This document shows, in pieces, positions 1 through 11,708 of a DNA stretch of 64,000 bases. A program made the translations under genes and the position numbers. Each line of letters opens with the position of its first letter. Positions within the stretch are counted from its first letter, which is position 1. The notes below the pieces were generated by a model, which ran no database searches, had not been told where the DNA came from, and saw only the letters and a program-made list of their open reading frames with translations. The DNA comes from Dudresnaya verticillata (Eukaryota), in the NCBI GenBank assembly GCA_977862235.1, contig OZ374566.1, positions 868,001 to 932,000 of the forward strand. The letters are read 5' to 3'.

Positions 1-841
1 GCCTGGTCTTGCAGCTCTCTTTCGTTCCGTTGAACAAACTCTCTATACACTTCTCCTTTTCGTCTCGGTTTGCGAACCCCGCACAGTGGCAGAAGTTCTG
101 CTCTGGATTGCTGTAGCATGCAATCCAACCAGGCACCCCACATATGAAATGCTCTTGAATACTAATAGCCGCCTGGTCCCAGTATGTGTCCGAGTAATAA
201 GACTTCTCCCACCGCCGAATAGCTTGAAATCCACGTAACCCTGGGGTAACAACGAAAGCATTCGCCTGTATTTGGCTGCCGGCAACCCTGAATCGATTAT
301 ATGGATAGTTGGCTTTATCCCTATAAAGACTGTTCATAACGATTGGCGCGTGCTCATGGTCCGGGAGGTCACACCACTCCCGCGGTCGGATCAAAGTGTC
401 GAGGTCGGCATAGATTACTCTTGTTGCCGGGTTGAACCGGATCTCATCACGCACAGCGGGCACATCGCACCACATATCGTTCGCTTTCTTCCCCTTGTAT
501 CTGACTTCAGATGCCGTGTGAACTGAGACAGAGTACCCAGACTTTGCATAGAATTTGCGGAATTGTTCGACACCGCGACCAGTTGGGGTGGCACATCCCA
601 CGATTGTACACTTTTTTTCTTGGCCTATGGTCCTCAGGACCTTCGCGTCTGCAAGAACAAGATCATCAAGGCCTGTATCACGCATTTCAACATGCGTGAT
701 AGTCTTCTGCTCTGGCGGGGGGATGAATGACCTCCGACTAAAGCTAATTCCATACTCGAATGTAGCCAAAAGAACGACACACGCAAAGATTGTGAAGATG
801 ATTACGGAAATCCGCCGGGGAGAAGAATTGAGATCCCGCAT
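1..841 (-). CDS. Type II membrane glycosyltransferase, GT-A fold with DxD motif (GT34/GT77-like); 3' end runs off the window
   Basis: Absent from the ORF track; translated by hand. ATG at 841 (minus), frame open to base 1. Short N-tail plus TM helix (MRDLNSSPRRISVIIFTIFACVVLLATF), then WCDVPAVR, RVIYADLDTLI (DxD), QANAFVV, YWDQAAI and a Cys-rich tail. Family assignment is from motif resemblance only. Confidence 0.75.
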   Translation of the reverse strand, partial: MRDLNSSPRRISVIIFTIFACVVLLATFEYGISFSRRSFIPPPEQKTITHVEMRDTGLDDLVLADAKVLRTIGQEKKCTIVGCATPTGRGVEQFRKFYAKSGYSVSVHTASEVRYKGKKANDMWCDVPAVRDEIRFNPATRVIYADLDTLIRPREWCDLPDHEHAPIVMNSLYRDKANYPYNRFRVAGSQIQANAFVVTPGLRGFQAIRRWEKSYYSDTYWDQAAISIQEHFICGVPGWIACYSNPEQNFCHCAGFANRDEKEKCIESLFNGTKESCKTR

Positions 842-3200
842 CACCACTACAGATCAACTGCACGCTGCACGCTTCCCAGTGATATGCTTCACAAGCTGTT
901 GATATCCGGAGGCGGAGATTAATCGCCGCGATGAGCCCAAGTTGAGTGCAATGGAAGCGTCGTTGTCACCAGGTTGAAACGGAGATAACGCGAGGAGCTA
1001 AGTAGATCGCAACAATCAACCGTTGAGTTGCTGCGGAAAGCCTGCCGACTCGGCACGGCACTGCTTAGTTGCTGTGGAAACCCTCTGCTGGCGGGCAAGA
1101 AAGGGGACAGCTCACTTTCAAGGTCACAGCAAGTGAGGCGTAACAGTGAGGCCTTGGTGTTGGGCGGGATATTCGGTGGATCCGAAGGCAGTCCGGAATG
1201 GTGTTGGTGTCAATTTTATTTGATTTTGCGTGCGTGTAACAGCAGGGAGGCCAATCTCGACCTAGCGCGGGGGAACCGAAGGCAGTCCAACGTGGTGAAT
1301 CAAATTGATGGGCTGAAACATTGTAGATACCTTTTGAGGGAAATACTGTACAGTATTCGTCTTGAAGTGGTTGTTCCCGGGGCAACAATGGTTCGACTGA
1401 CAACCATCACTGGGGTCACTGGGACAGGATCAGGTGCCCTGGAGGTTTCCCTGCACCCACAACGTCTGAATTCTCCCAGCAACCCTCCTGTCCCTAATGT
1501 GGCACCGTCGGCAAAAAAGACAGTGCGGAGTTTTGAAATGCTCGTATCTTCGCTTCTGCTCCGGGATACGGGTTTTTTTTGGCTGGCTTCATACTGTAGA
1601 ATACTCTTTCAGTCTACATAGTGTCTGGTAAAAGAATGAGCCAGTGTTCCATAGTTTTCATGCAGAAAACGTGAAAGACGGCATCGCCAGTATTACCAGA
1701 AACAGGCTTGATGATCTTCCATGTTCGAAGGCTGCCTCTCTGCCTAGTGACCCGAAGCTCTTGTTGCTTTTATCAGCTCTCCGGCCGCAACTTCTTGAAA
1801 CGAAGGGCAGTAACGCAGCAGACCCGTACGGATATTCCGGGATGTTGCCGCAGCCAAAACATCCATACCTCGAACATCGTCCTCATTTATTTAATCCACC
1901 ACAACAGCGTCTTCGGCGCACGCTGAGAGCTAATCTCCAATGTTGCCGTTTCCATGACGCGAAGAGGCTTTAGCACAGAACTCCTTATCAGTTCGACGCA
2001 GATGATGCAACGGAGCCGACGACAGAGTTGCCAGGAAAAAATTAGCTGAATGCATTCTCAACGGCTGTCATGTCTGGACCTCAGCAGCAGTGCAGCTCTT
2101 CGTCATAATAGTAGAGAACGCGTGACCAAACTCTTGGCAACACACCGCAGCTCCACACCCCAGCCTGGCTCGTACCGCATGGAAGTCACCCAAAGAAGGA
2201 TCTCCCCTTGCTAAAGTGCAGTCAGACAGAGCTCCCAAAGGCCCCTTGACCAGATTCTCTGTCCATCGCTCTAGAATGATTTCCTTCACACCATTCCTGC
2301 GACTTCGTGAAGAACTCCATTCCCTCAATTCCCCCAAGAGCAGTTTTTCTGTATCACTTGCCCCTTCTGAACTACCTGGATGAGTCTGCGAACAGCAGCT
2401 CTAAGTTCCAGTGGCAGTAGTTTTGTCAAAGCGTCTGCTCGATATGGCATTGCAAGGCCAAGGGGTTGCGGACATCTACTGTACATACATCGTCTTGGCG
2501 TACCTGAGCAATTGGATCAGAATTTGGATCTAAAAAACTGACGATAAAATAGGAGGAAATCCGCCGCTGCGCCAAGTGCTGGTTTGGGCGAGATCCATTA
2601 CGAGGTCTTGATGGTCTCGAAACTTTCGGTCCAAGCCACCTACCCCTAGCTTCGATTAGCGCCTCATCGGTCCGGCAATTCCGGCATGGATTCCTTGCAA
2701 CTCAGAAAGTTGTGAGCCCTGCTCTAGACTCCGTGATGCGCAGAGATTTTTCCCCAGTCTGGATATGACCACGCTTCGAGGTAAGTTGTCGATGTTGTTT
2801 TCTGCCATCTGCGAACAGAATCTTGCGTTGCAGGTTCGTGCGCAGCGCACGTCATGAGCCGAAGCGGTTGTGATGAGCATTCCAAGGATCAAGATAGGGA
2901 CATATGAGAACCCTGATTAGATTTCCTGTGGCAGAGATGCCCGAATTTTCTGAGCCGCTTGACAGTCTGCCCGCCCCCAATCGATCTGATATCTGCCGAA
3001 GCTAACCTTGTTTGTCTTCACCTCGGATCTCATGTGCAGAATTTGAACTACATTGGCCCAACCGAGGATACTACAAGTCTGGGCTCAGAACGTGGTCTGC
3101 TGGTAGTTCTCTTCCTGGTAAACGATATCCATAGCAGCTGCCGAGCCTCTCCTGGCGACTTCCGGGTGAGTTCCTGTTTTCCTCGGTCTAGACGCATGAA

Positions 3201-6004
3201 CTACACAGACCAGTTGTGCCTTCTTGCCCGTAGTGAGTCATCGTGCCCCTCTGCTTGCCTCAGCAGTCGAATAATATCGTGATAACCGCCCCGCTCTGCC
3301 TCGTGGTACGCGGTGGATGCCCATCGATCCCTGTGGTCGACGTCAGCGCCATGTCTTATCAGTAGTTCAACGATGTCTCGACGCCCTTCAGACGCAGCGA
3401 CCTAAAACCGTGAGAAACCTAGCATGTCAGTGACCAATGTTTTGCCATCATCTCGGGTCGTGGGAAAGCTCGACGCGTTTTCGATCCTCCTGGAGAAAGA
3501 CAAGATCAGTTCTTAATGCTGACTTACCGTAAGCGGTGTTCTCCTGTCATAATCGCAACAGTCCACATCCAGGCCCGAGTCTAGAAGTTGCTTTAGGGTA
3601 ACAATGTCGCCCTCGGCAGCTGCCGTTAGCGCAGTCTGTCTTTGAAGAAGTTCGAACTGGTGAGAGTTGAGCCCTTGTGAACTAACGGCAGCAGTTGGCC
3701 CACTTGTTTGGCCCTCTACCGCTCGCAGGATTCGGATCGGCTCGCTGTTTCCGGTTCTGTTGGCAAAGTTCGTGGCGTCGGCGAGAGGAGAGTTTCCCCA
3801 TCTGTCGAAGGAAAGCCTTGCGCCTGCGGAGAGAAGAAGTCGGATGCACTTTGTGTGGCCCTCGGCAGCAGCTGTTGCAAAAGCGCATCGTTCGCAGGTT
3901 TCGTGTGGTCATATTCCGGTTAGCTCTCTACTGGTACACGCGGAAACGGTCCAGTTAATGGTCTTATGCTATACGTACCGACGTGAAGGGCAGTTCGCTT
4001 GTCGTAATCAGAATAGTTAACCTTCGCACCATGGTCAATCAACCGTGCCGCTTTTTCGGCATTCCCACGATAGACTGTTTCAAGAAGCCGTTTTGAAATG
4101 TCACTATCGCTCTTCTCTTCGTCAAGTTCATCTGCCTTGTTGGCTTCAACCTTTCCATTTTGCCGCTCTGCTATTTCTTTCGTTAGCTCTGCAGATGTCA
4201 AAACTCGGAGAATTTCTTCAAAAGTCGGCCTAGCATCTTGGTCTTGAGCCCAACATCGCTCAATTAGTTCCCGTAGCGTTGGCGGGACGTTGTCACTCTC
4301 GTGAAACTCAGGTCTGCCACCCTCCGATACACAAAACATTAGCTGAATGGGTTTCATCTTTGGAAACGGAAAACGACCGGTGTACATTTCATACAGTACA
4401 ATACCAAATGAGTATACGTCAGCAGCTGGAGTGTAGGGCTTCCTTTGCATTACTTCGGGGGCCATTGTGTAGGGTGTGCCGACGACTCCTGCTCCTCGTC
4501 CGTCCTGCGAGCTGTTTATACCAGATGCTTCATGCACGAACTGGCTGCTAAGTCCAAAGTCACATATGACGCAATGAGTAATCGTGCGGTTGATTAGAAT
4601 ATTGCTTGCCTTTAAATCACGGTGAAGGATTGGCGGAGACGAAGCATGAAGGTAAAACATGCCCCGAGCCACGCCGCACGCCATTTCCAGAGACTGCTCC
4701 GATGAGAACTTCCGAGGATTCGGTCCATGCAAAAAGTTTGCAACGGAGCCTCCAGAGTACAACTCCGTGATGATGCACACGACTGGCTCGAAGCAAATAC
4801 CCATATAAAGCAAGCAGTTAGGGTGGCGAATTTGCAGGAGAAGCCAAAATTCCTCGACGTAGTCGCCTACAACGTTCTTCCGCATTTCCTCAGTGGATGT
4901 AGCCAGTTTGTCAATCCCAGCAGCCTCGCCTTGGCGGTCATTAAACACTTTCACAGCAACAGGAACGTGGAGCCATTCGCATTGGTAAACAGTAGCGCAA
5001 GCCCCCCGACCAAGCATCTTGCCGAATTCGATTTGGTCGTAGTTGATGACAAACGGCTTTGCAGCATATGCCTCATTAAAGCCGCTGTCGTCGTCATCTT
5101 GAGACTGGGAAATTTCCATGCTGTCTCTACCAGTGTATCGGGAGTTCAGGTCCCGTCGAACGAGTTTATACTTCTTGGGCAACGGAATTTTCCATTTGCG
5201 ACCGGTTACCGCTGAAGAACCTGGCGTGGTGATTTCATCGGATCCTCGTTTCCTAACCCACGCTACTCCTGAACGAACGGATCTCGGGGCTTGAGTATCG
5301 GAAGTAAGAAGGCCCTGCCTTTCCATGTAGAGCTCAACCGCATCGACTTCTCTTCTTTCGATGTACTTCATATGCTCGCCAGCAACTGAAACCAAGTCCT
5401 CCAGCCACAAAGTGACAACATCCACCTCCTTGACCTTTTCGATAAAGTCCTCGTACGAAATGCCGCTCTTGTCAGGATCTGACGAGGCAGCAATGAGATC
5501 GTCTGCAACTTCTTTGATTTGTTTGTCACTCTCTTCATCATCGACTGCGGACTCTTGTTCTGTGACCTGATTTACGATTCTCTGCATGAGTTTCAGCGAG
5601 CTGATAAGTTGATCACGAGTTAGATAGCCATCACCTTCAACATTCCCATAGACTGCGAACAGGTATTTCAAGCGGCCCTCTGCAGAGCCGCGGCAAAGGA
5701 TGGCATAGCCCATAATGAACTCCCTCAAGGTGACGCGACCGGCTACACCTCCCTCCGCAGTATCGAATACGTTAAAAATTATCTTTGGGTCGATGGTAAG
5801 TCCGTTGGCGAAGAAGCTGCCTGCGGCTTCCTTGAACTGCTCGGGAAGCAAGCCTTGGTTGTCGGGGTCCTTCCGCTTGTAATACTCAATGAGGGTGTTA
5901 ACCTCTGCCAGCTTGAGGTTATGCTTCAACCCGAGCTCCCTAGCGCCGACCTCGTCAGCACTGTCGTGAGGTATTGGGTCGTTCCGCGCCATAGAATTGC
6001 CCAT
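3201..6004 (-). CDS. EF-hand (NCS/recoverin/CBL-like) + TKL/Raf-like protein kinase + ankyrin-repeat protein, 3 exons, ~856 aa
   Basis: First ATG is at 6004 (MGNSMARND); the track start at 6151 is GTG. Exons 6004-3979, 3871-3528, 3401-3201. Introns 3978-3872 (GTACGT..CTAAC..CAG) and 3527-3402 (GTAAGT..CTGAC..TAG). Kinase motifs GRGACATV, VAVK, HRDLKASN, DFG, GTPYTMAPE, DVYSFG. Splicing restores the ankyrin motifs DYDKRTALHVAAAEGH and DYDRRTPLTVAASEGR. Ends RHNWSV*. Confidence 0.9.
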
Positions 6005-8973
6005 GTCCGCAGGGCCCCCAATCTTGGCCAGTTGACAGGGAAACACAGGTGTGTGCAGCTGGAGAGGCCAGAAGGCGTCGAGCAACAGCCGTACAGCACG
6101 AGAAACGTAAATGCGAGGCTCAGAAAGTGGGAAAATGAGGCGAAAGGACACAGGGAGTCTTCTGATGAATTGGATAGGGGCGCCAGAAGGGCAATTGGTT
6201 GCTACCGTGGCTGTTGAATGGATGAAGAAGGATGTAAGGATTGAAGAGTTGGGGTTAGCGAGGGAACAGGTTGTGGCTGTGAGTAAAAAAATGAGGCTTG
6301 CGAAGCGATGAAAGGGGGGGAAGGGGCAGCGGGGAAAGGGGTCTGAAGACGAAGGGCTGGGGAATTGGAAAACGACACGACGCGTCCCTCATTGCAATAC
6401 GGCAAAGGTTGTCGTGTTCTTGTTTAGCCAAATTCGCAGCATGTGTGTCTGCCCCGTCTGGGACCGACTGGTCAAGGGAGCGGGAGAAGGATGGAAGTGG
6501 AAAGCTAGGCAATTTTTCAAGAGAAATTTTTGGTTGGAGTTGCCCCTCTGGCAAAAAAGCACGTGTCCAATCCGTATTGGCTGCAGGTCTCTGGGCAAAG
6601 GCTGTTGGAGAATCTAACAAGATTTTATTACCAGAATAGCGGCACTCACCACGCCTGATTGGCTGGCCCGCCGAGTTACATTCCCCATCTGAAGCTGATA
6701 TTTTGCAAACAGTCGGTCCGCAAGCCGTTTTCTTGCGAATTGCTCGCGTCTGTGGCCCGCTTCAGTGCAGCTCTGGCTCCCTTTTTACGACACGGTGACG
6801 AAAGCCAGTGGCACCGGTGCGGCACGAGTGCTGCGCTGGCGTCTGGAGTTGCCCCAGAAAATAACATTCATTGGTGCAAATCATGTGGCTGTCCGTGCCC
6901 GTGGTATGATCAACTGAATCTTCGCCCCACTCTATTGGATCTTTCTCTAACAACCCTACCCGTATGAATTATTTCCATTTTTCATCCTTTCTGAATCTCC
7001 TCGCGGCAGATTCCTGCGAGACCGCGGTTGCGCATCATTTCACTCGTCCATGTATCGTTTCTATCGATTCGCTTGCAGACCTAGCGCCTAGCGCAACCGG
7101 GTCCACCTTTATTCATTGCGCCACAACCTGAGCACGCCGCAATCGCTCGTGGCATGGCCTGTTGTTCGGCCACTGGCCTGCCCCAATACGCCCCTACTGT
7201 TACGCTGAAGTGGGGCACGTTTGTGACCCTGGGCGTCACGAACGCCCTACCCCCCTACGCTCCCGCAAGCCTCCGGGAGATAAGATTATCACCCTGGCAG
7301 CACGCGCTGTTAGACTACTTCTCCCCCTGGTACCAGCACGTTTCATCTCACGGCGCTCGGGCCGTTTTGCCGCCGGCTGCCCTTTCTGTCTGCTCAGCTA
7401 ATGCGGGGGCGAGCTAGCAGCGGAGTACTGTAGTGTTAACTACTGCTTGGACACACTATCTATCCGCAATTGCGCGATTTGCCCCCTTCAAGAAGGCCCT
7501 GCAGTCCCTTGTCCGCAACGAACCGCTTGCTTTTCAAAAGCTCCGATTGCGCACAAGTCTCACGTGAATTTACCGAACTTTTGCGGTACGGCCTCTTCCA
7601 CTTCAACGGCACCGATGCGGCAAATCGGTCCCCCGTGCGACCGCGGTGTCGTACACCGTAATCAAATAAAATTTCAACTTCATCCATGTGGCACTGGTGC
7701 GGCACCGATGCTGCTTAACAAGCACGACTACTGTGTCTGCTGGGCCTCCGTGCACTCGTTGACAATAAATCACAAGTGCAATAAAACAAAAGCGCAGTGC
7801 TCACTTTGGGTAGATGACTTACATATGCTTCCTTTTCTGGTTCTGCAATCTGCTAGGTGGAATACAACACTTGGCCCCATCGCCCTAGGATTTCAGTATG
7901 ACTGTAGCGCAAATGTGGCTTTTTCTGGAGCGTTCGATGCTCTAGCAAGGAAGACTCCTAGAAGTTTCGCAGTTCAGGGCAAGTGAACCCAAAAGTACGT
8001 TTACGCAAAAAAAACGTACTGTGTTTGTCGAACATGCCGTACGAACGGCCGAGCGGACAACCGTGCTGACGACATTTTGGTTCAGTCCTGGCATACTATC
8101 GCGAGTGTCTAGTGTCTAGAGGGAAGCGTATCGAGTGCAATGAGACGTGAGGCTCTCAAAGATATCCTTCTTTTGGGGCAAGCACTTCGGAGTCGTCATG
8201 CAAAATCGAAAAAGCTGACGCAAGTCTGCAGCGAACTCAAGGTCTTGGTATGCGAGATAAAACTCATCGCGTTAGTATCGATAGCAGAGGCATATGCTTC
8301 AATGCCAGTGCCGAATCGGGTGTCAGTGCGACTACATGTACCATTAGGGAGCAGTCATATCTACAAGTCAACTTACACCAATGATACGCGTTGGTACAGT
8401 CTTTGCAAAGTTGGTTTGGAGGGATGCATGACTTTAAAAGAACGGTTGGAACCAGTTGTAGGAGTGGGACAAAGTTGCAGGTGGGTCAACACTGTTGACA
8501 GGAAATGACATCCCAACGACAGGACCGAGACTTGGCTCTCATGTTCTCAACTTCAGGGTTCAGCATTTCTACTCAAAATTTACTAGTGCTTTGTGCCCGT
8601 TGATAGTGTGGCTGTAAAGCACGGGGCCGTTTCTCATTACAGCAATGTCTGCGTCGTGCCGCTAAACTGTCCAATCCTATCTCGATCTGTTGGTTTCGAC
8701 GCGGCTCAAGACAGACACTCACAGCTTTCGAGAATGCAGTCTTTTCTTTTCAGATATTTGAAGAATTTGAGTAGAGCGGCTTCTTTTGTTCCACCTGCTC
8801 GGCACTCCGACGCTGCGAAGCCTGCTAAGATTTGCAACGGCCGCTCGACCGCGAACGAACTCTGCCAGGTTCGTAATATTGACCTGTGAGGACTGCGGGG
8901 AAAGTTATCGAAACTTTGTGAGCTTTGCGGATTTCATCGCTCGTCGCCTAAAGGGTGGGACTACGGTACCGGT

Positions 8974-10296
8974 ATGTCGGGAAACGAGAAGAAGGGCAAC
9001 GATGAGGCCAATGGCCATCCACCGATAAAGGAGGTTGAGCTGTCGGGAAGCGATGCCCGCGCCAAGCTTGCGGAGCTCATGGGCCGAGCCGGTTTGGGAC
9101 CGACCAACATTCCGCCTGAAGAGAAGGAGTACAAGTTTTGGAGGACTCAGCCGGTACCTCAGATGAGCGAGGACGACGATCGCGAATCGCTGGGCGCAAA
9201 AGGTCTGTCTATTGAGCTGAAAAGCATCGAAGATGTACAGAAGAAGCCGTATGCCCTCATTGACTCATTCGAATGGACGGAGGTCGATGTGACCGATGAT
9301 GCTCAGCTTGAGGAAGCATATCGTTTGCTGAACGAAAACTACGTCGAAGACGGTGATGCCATGTTCAGGTTTGATTACTCTCGCGAGTTTTTAAGATGGG
9401 CGCTACTTCCCCCTCACTGGCATCCATCTTGGCATGTTGGCGTCCGGGTAAAGACCAGCAAGAAACTAGTTGCGTTCATTACTGCTATTCCTGCTGCTGT
9501 GCGAGTACACAATGACATCATCAATATGGTTGAGATCAACTTTCTGTGCGTACACAAGAAGCTCAGGTCGAAGAGACTCGCGCCCGTTCTGATTCGGGAG
9601 ATTACCCGACGAGTCAACCTCAAGGGCATTTGGCAAGCGGCATACACAGCCGGAGCAGTTCTCCCGCGACCATTGTCTTCTTCGAGATACTACCATCGAT
9701 CTTTGAACCCGAAGAAGCTAATCGAAGTTGGATTCTCAAGATTGCAGCCTCGTATGACCATGGCACGTACTATCAAACTATACGCAGTCAAGCCGAAGAC
9801 CTCCACACCTGGGATACGGGTACTACGTCCTGATGATGTGCCAGCTGCGAGTGCTTTATTGTCCAACTACCTTAGCAGGTTTGAGATGCATGCAATAATG
9901 AGCGAAGAAGAGTTTGCGCACTGGCTTCTACCGCGAGATGGGGTGATTTACTCTTACGTCGTTGAGAACCCCGAGTCGGGCAGCGTTACGGATCTGGTGT
10001 CGTTTTATTCACTTCCTTCCAGCATCATCAAGCATCCAACGTACAAGACATTGCAAGCAGCATACTCCTTTTGCACCGTAGCGGATGCAACTCCGATCAT
10101 TGATCTGATGCGAGATGCGCTTGTGCTTGCGCGCCAAAATGGCTTCGACGTGTTTAATGCTTTGGATCTCGGCAGGAATGCTGAGTTCTTCAAAGAGCTA
10201 AAGTTTCATATTGGCGACGGGGAGCTCCACTACTACTTGTACAATTGGAAATGCCGCCCAGTAGAGAAGACGAAGAATTCCCTCGTATTGCTTTGA
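8974..10296 (+). CDS. NMT: Glycylpeptide N-myristoyltransferase
   Basis: Signature motifs YKFWRTQPV, NYVEDGDAMFRFDYS, EINFLCVHKKLRSKRLAPVLIREITRR, KFHIGDGELHYYLYNW and C-terminal LVLL. Intronless. Confidence 0.98.
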   Translation: MSGNEKKGNDEANGHPPIKEVELSGSDARAKLAELMGRAGLGPTNIPPEEKEYKFWRTQPVPQMSEDDDRESLGAKGLSIELKSIEDVQKKPYALIDSFEWTEVDVTDDAQLEEAYRLLNENYVEDGDAMFRFDYSREFLRWALLPPHWHPSWHVGVRVKTSKKLVAFITAIPAAVRVHNDIINMVEINFLCVHKKLRSKRLAPVLIREITRRVNLKGIWQAAYTAGAVLPRPLSSSRYYHRSLNPKKLIEVGFSRLQPRMTMARTIKLYAVKPKTSTPGIRVLRPDDVPAASALLSNYLSRFEMHAIMSEEEFAHWLLPRDGVIYSYVVENPESGSVTDLVSFYSLPSSIIKHPTYKTLQAAYSFCTVADATPIIDLMRDALVLARQNGFDVFNALDLGRNAEFFKELKFHIGDGELHYYLYNWKCRPVEKTKNSLVLL

Positions 10297-10466
10297 GGAA
10301 GTCGTGAACGGCTGGTGTATCTGGGCTGATTTTTTCTTTTTTTCTAGAAGCTGATTCTATGTAACATGTGGATTGCTTACTGCTCTGACGACGACCCGTG
10401 GTGTAGTGGCATCTTTGGTGAGCGATGCAATCGAGTGAGAAACACGTCGTTCGGACTGCGTGTCTG

Positions 10467-11708
10467 CTACGACGTCCGTGAGGGGTCTCGGTAGCGAGTG
10501 TACACCTTGTCAACTGCTCTGATGACAGTTTTGTCGAGGTCAATAGCGAAGGCGTCTAAATCCTCTTGGAGTTGGGCAATGGACGTGGCGCCGACGATGG
10601 TACTACGGACAAACCATCTGCTCTTGCACCATGCCAAAGCAAGTTGAGTTAACGTCAATCCTGCTTCCGACGCGATTTTCTTATACTCGATAATGGCTTC
10701 CGTTGCCAAGCTGCTTTGGAATCGCTTCATGTAATTCGGGTAAAGAGAGAAGCGCGCCCCGGGTGGTACCTCTTCGGCAAGGTACTTGCCAGTCAGTGCG
10801 CCGCCAGCCAGTGGGCTGTATGCAAGCAAGGGGACATCAGCGTTGCCTGAGGAACATGCCTCTGCCAAGTGTGCCTCGAAGTCTCTGTAAAGAAGGCTAT
10901 ACGAGTTTTGAACCGAGACAGGATGAGCATACCCGTGAGCCCTGGCAACAGCGTCAAACTGAGCCACTCCCCAAGCAGTTTCATTACTGAGCCCGTAGTT
11001 ACGAATCTTGCCCTCCCTTATAAGCTCGTCCATCGTGGCAACTTGCTCCTCGAACGAGACTGCTTGACGTTCTTTCGATAGGTCGTAAGCACCAGCACCA
11101 AACATGGGCACGTACCGATCTGGCCAGTGAATCTGCAACAGATCAATATAATCTGTGCCGATTCTGTTCAATGTGCCCTCGACAGCCTGCCTGATATTGT
11201 CACGGTCCACCTTGCGCTGCTCTCCACGGATCCAAGGAAACGCCCGTCCCTGTGTGCCACTGCCCGCTACCTTTGAGCAAATTACCAGCTTGTCCCTGAA
11301 CGCCGAGCCTCCGCGTGTTCGAATCCAGGACGCCAGCGTGCGCTCTGTATCGCCATACGTGTCTGGTGAGGGCGGGACTGGATACATCTCTGCAGTGTCG
11401 ATGCCAACCACACCTCGCTCGTAAGCGCAGTCTAGTTGGGCGTGCGCTTCTGCTTCGTTATTTTGGTGACCCCACGTCATGGTACCGAGACATACTTCTG
11501 TCAGCACAAGCCCAGACGAGCCGACCTTTCGCTTCTCCAACTCCTTGTGCCGTCCCGGGTGTGGTTGTGTGTGAGGTGGCTCGGTAGCCACCATGCACGG
11601 TTGCTCTTTTTGCCGTGGACGCGTGCTTGTAATCAGAGGAAGTGTGTCCCGACGGGCAATGCTGCTTGGCAATGGCTGCCCGGTGATGAATGCTGTCCAT
11701 TGCGACAT
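10467..11708 (-). CDS. Aldo-keto reductase (Tas-like), probably plastid-targeted
   Basis: LGTMTWG, DTAEMYPVP, IDLLQIHWPDRYVPMFG, GLSNETAWG, QNSYSLL, YSPLAGGALTGKY. First ATG at 11708 (MSQWTAFI), followed by a transit-peptide-like extension. Confidence 0.93.
   Translation of the reverse strand: MSQWTAFITGQPLPSSIARRDTLPLITSTRPRQKEQPCMVATEPPHTQPHPGRHKELEKRKVGSSGLVLTEVCLGTMTWGHQNNEAEAHAQLDCAYERGVVGIDTAEMYPVPPSPDTYGDTERTLASWIRTRGGSAFRDKLVICSKVAGSGTQGRAFPWIRGEQRKVDRDNIRQAVEGTLNRIGTDYIDLLQIHWPDRYVPMFGAGAYDLSKERQAVSFEEQVATMDELIREGKIRNYGLSNETAWGVAQFDAVARAHGYAHPVSVQNSYSLLYRDFEAHLAEACSSGNADVPLLAYSPLAGGALTGKYLAEEVPPGARFSLYPNYMKRFQSSLATEAIIEYKKIASEAGLTLTQLALAWCKSRWFVRSTIVGATSIAQLQEDLDAFAIDLDKTVIRAVDKVYTRYRDPSRTS

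Noticed and set aside
1028..3200. Track ORFs between the glycosyltransferase and the kinase 3' end (e.g. 1028-1621, 1644-1973, 2068-2337)
   Set aside because: Non-ATG starts and no recognisable motifs; treated as intergenic or UTR.
6005..6151. N-terminal extensions given by the track (kinase; likewise AKR, BUD23, Tat, hydrolase, pyrC, NAA50, RabGGTA, NDUFS3)
   Set aside because: They begin at GTG/TTG. For eukaryotic nuclear genes the first in-frame ATG matches family N-termini or targeting peptides better.
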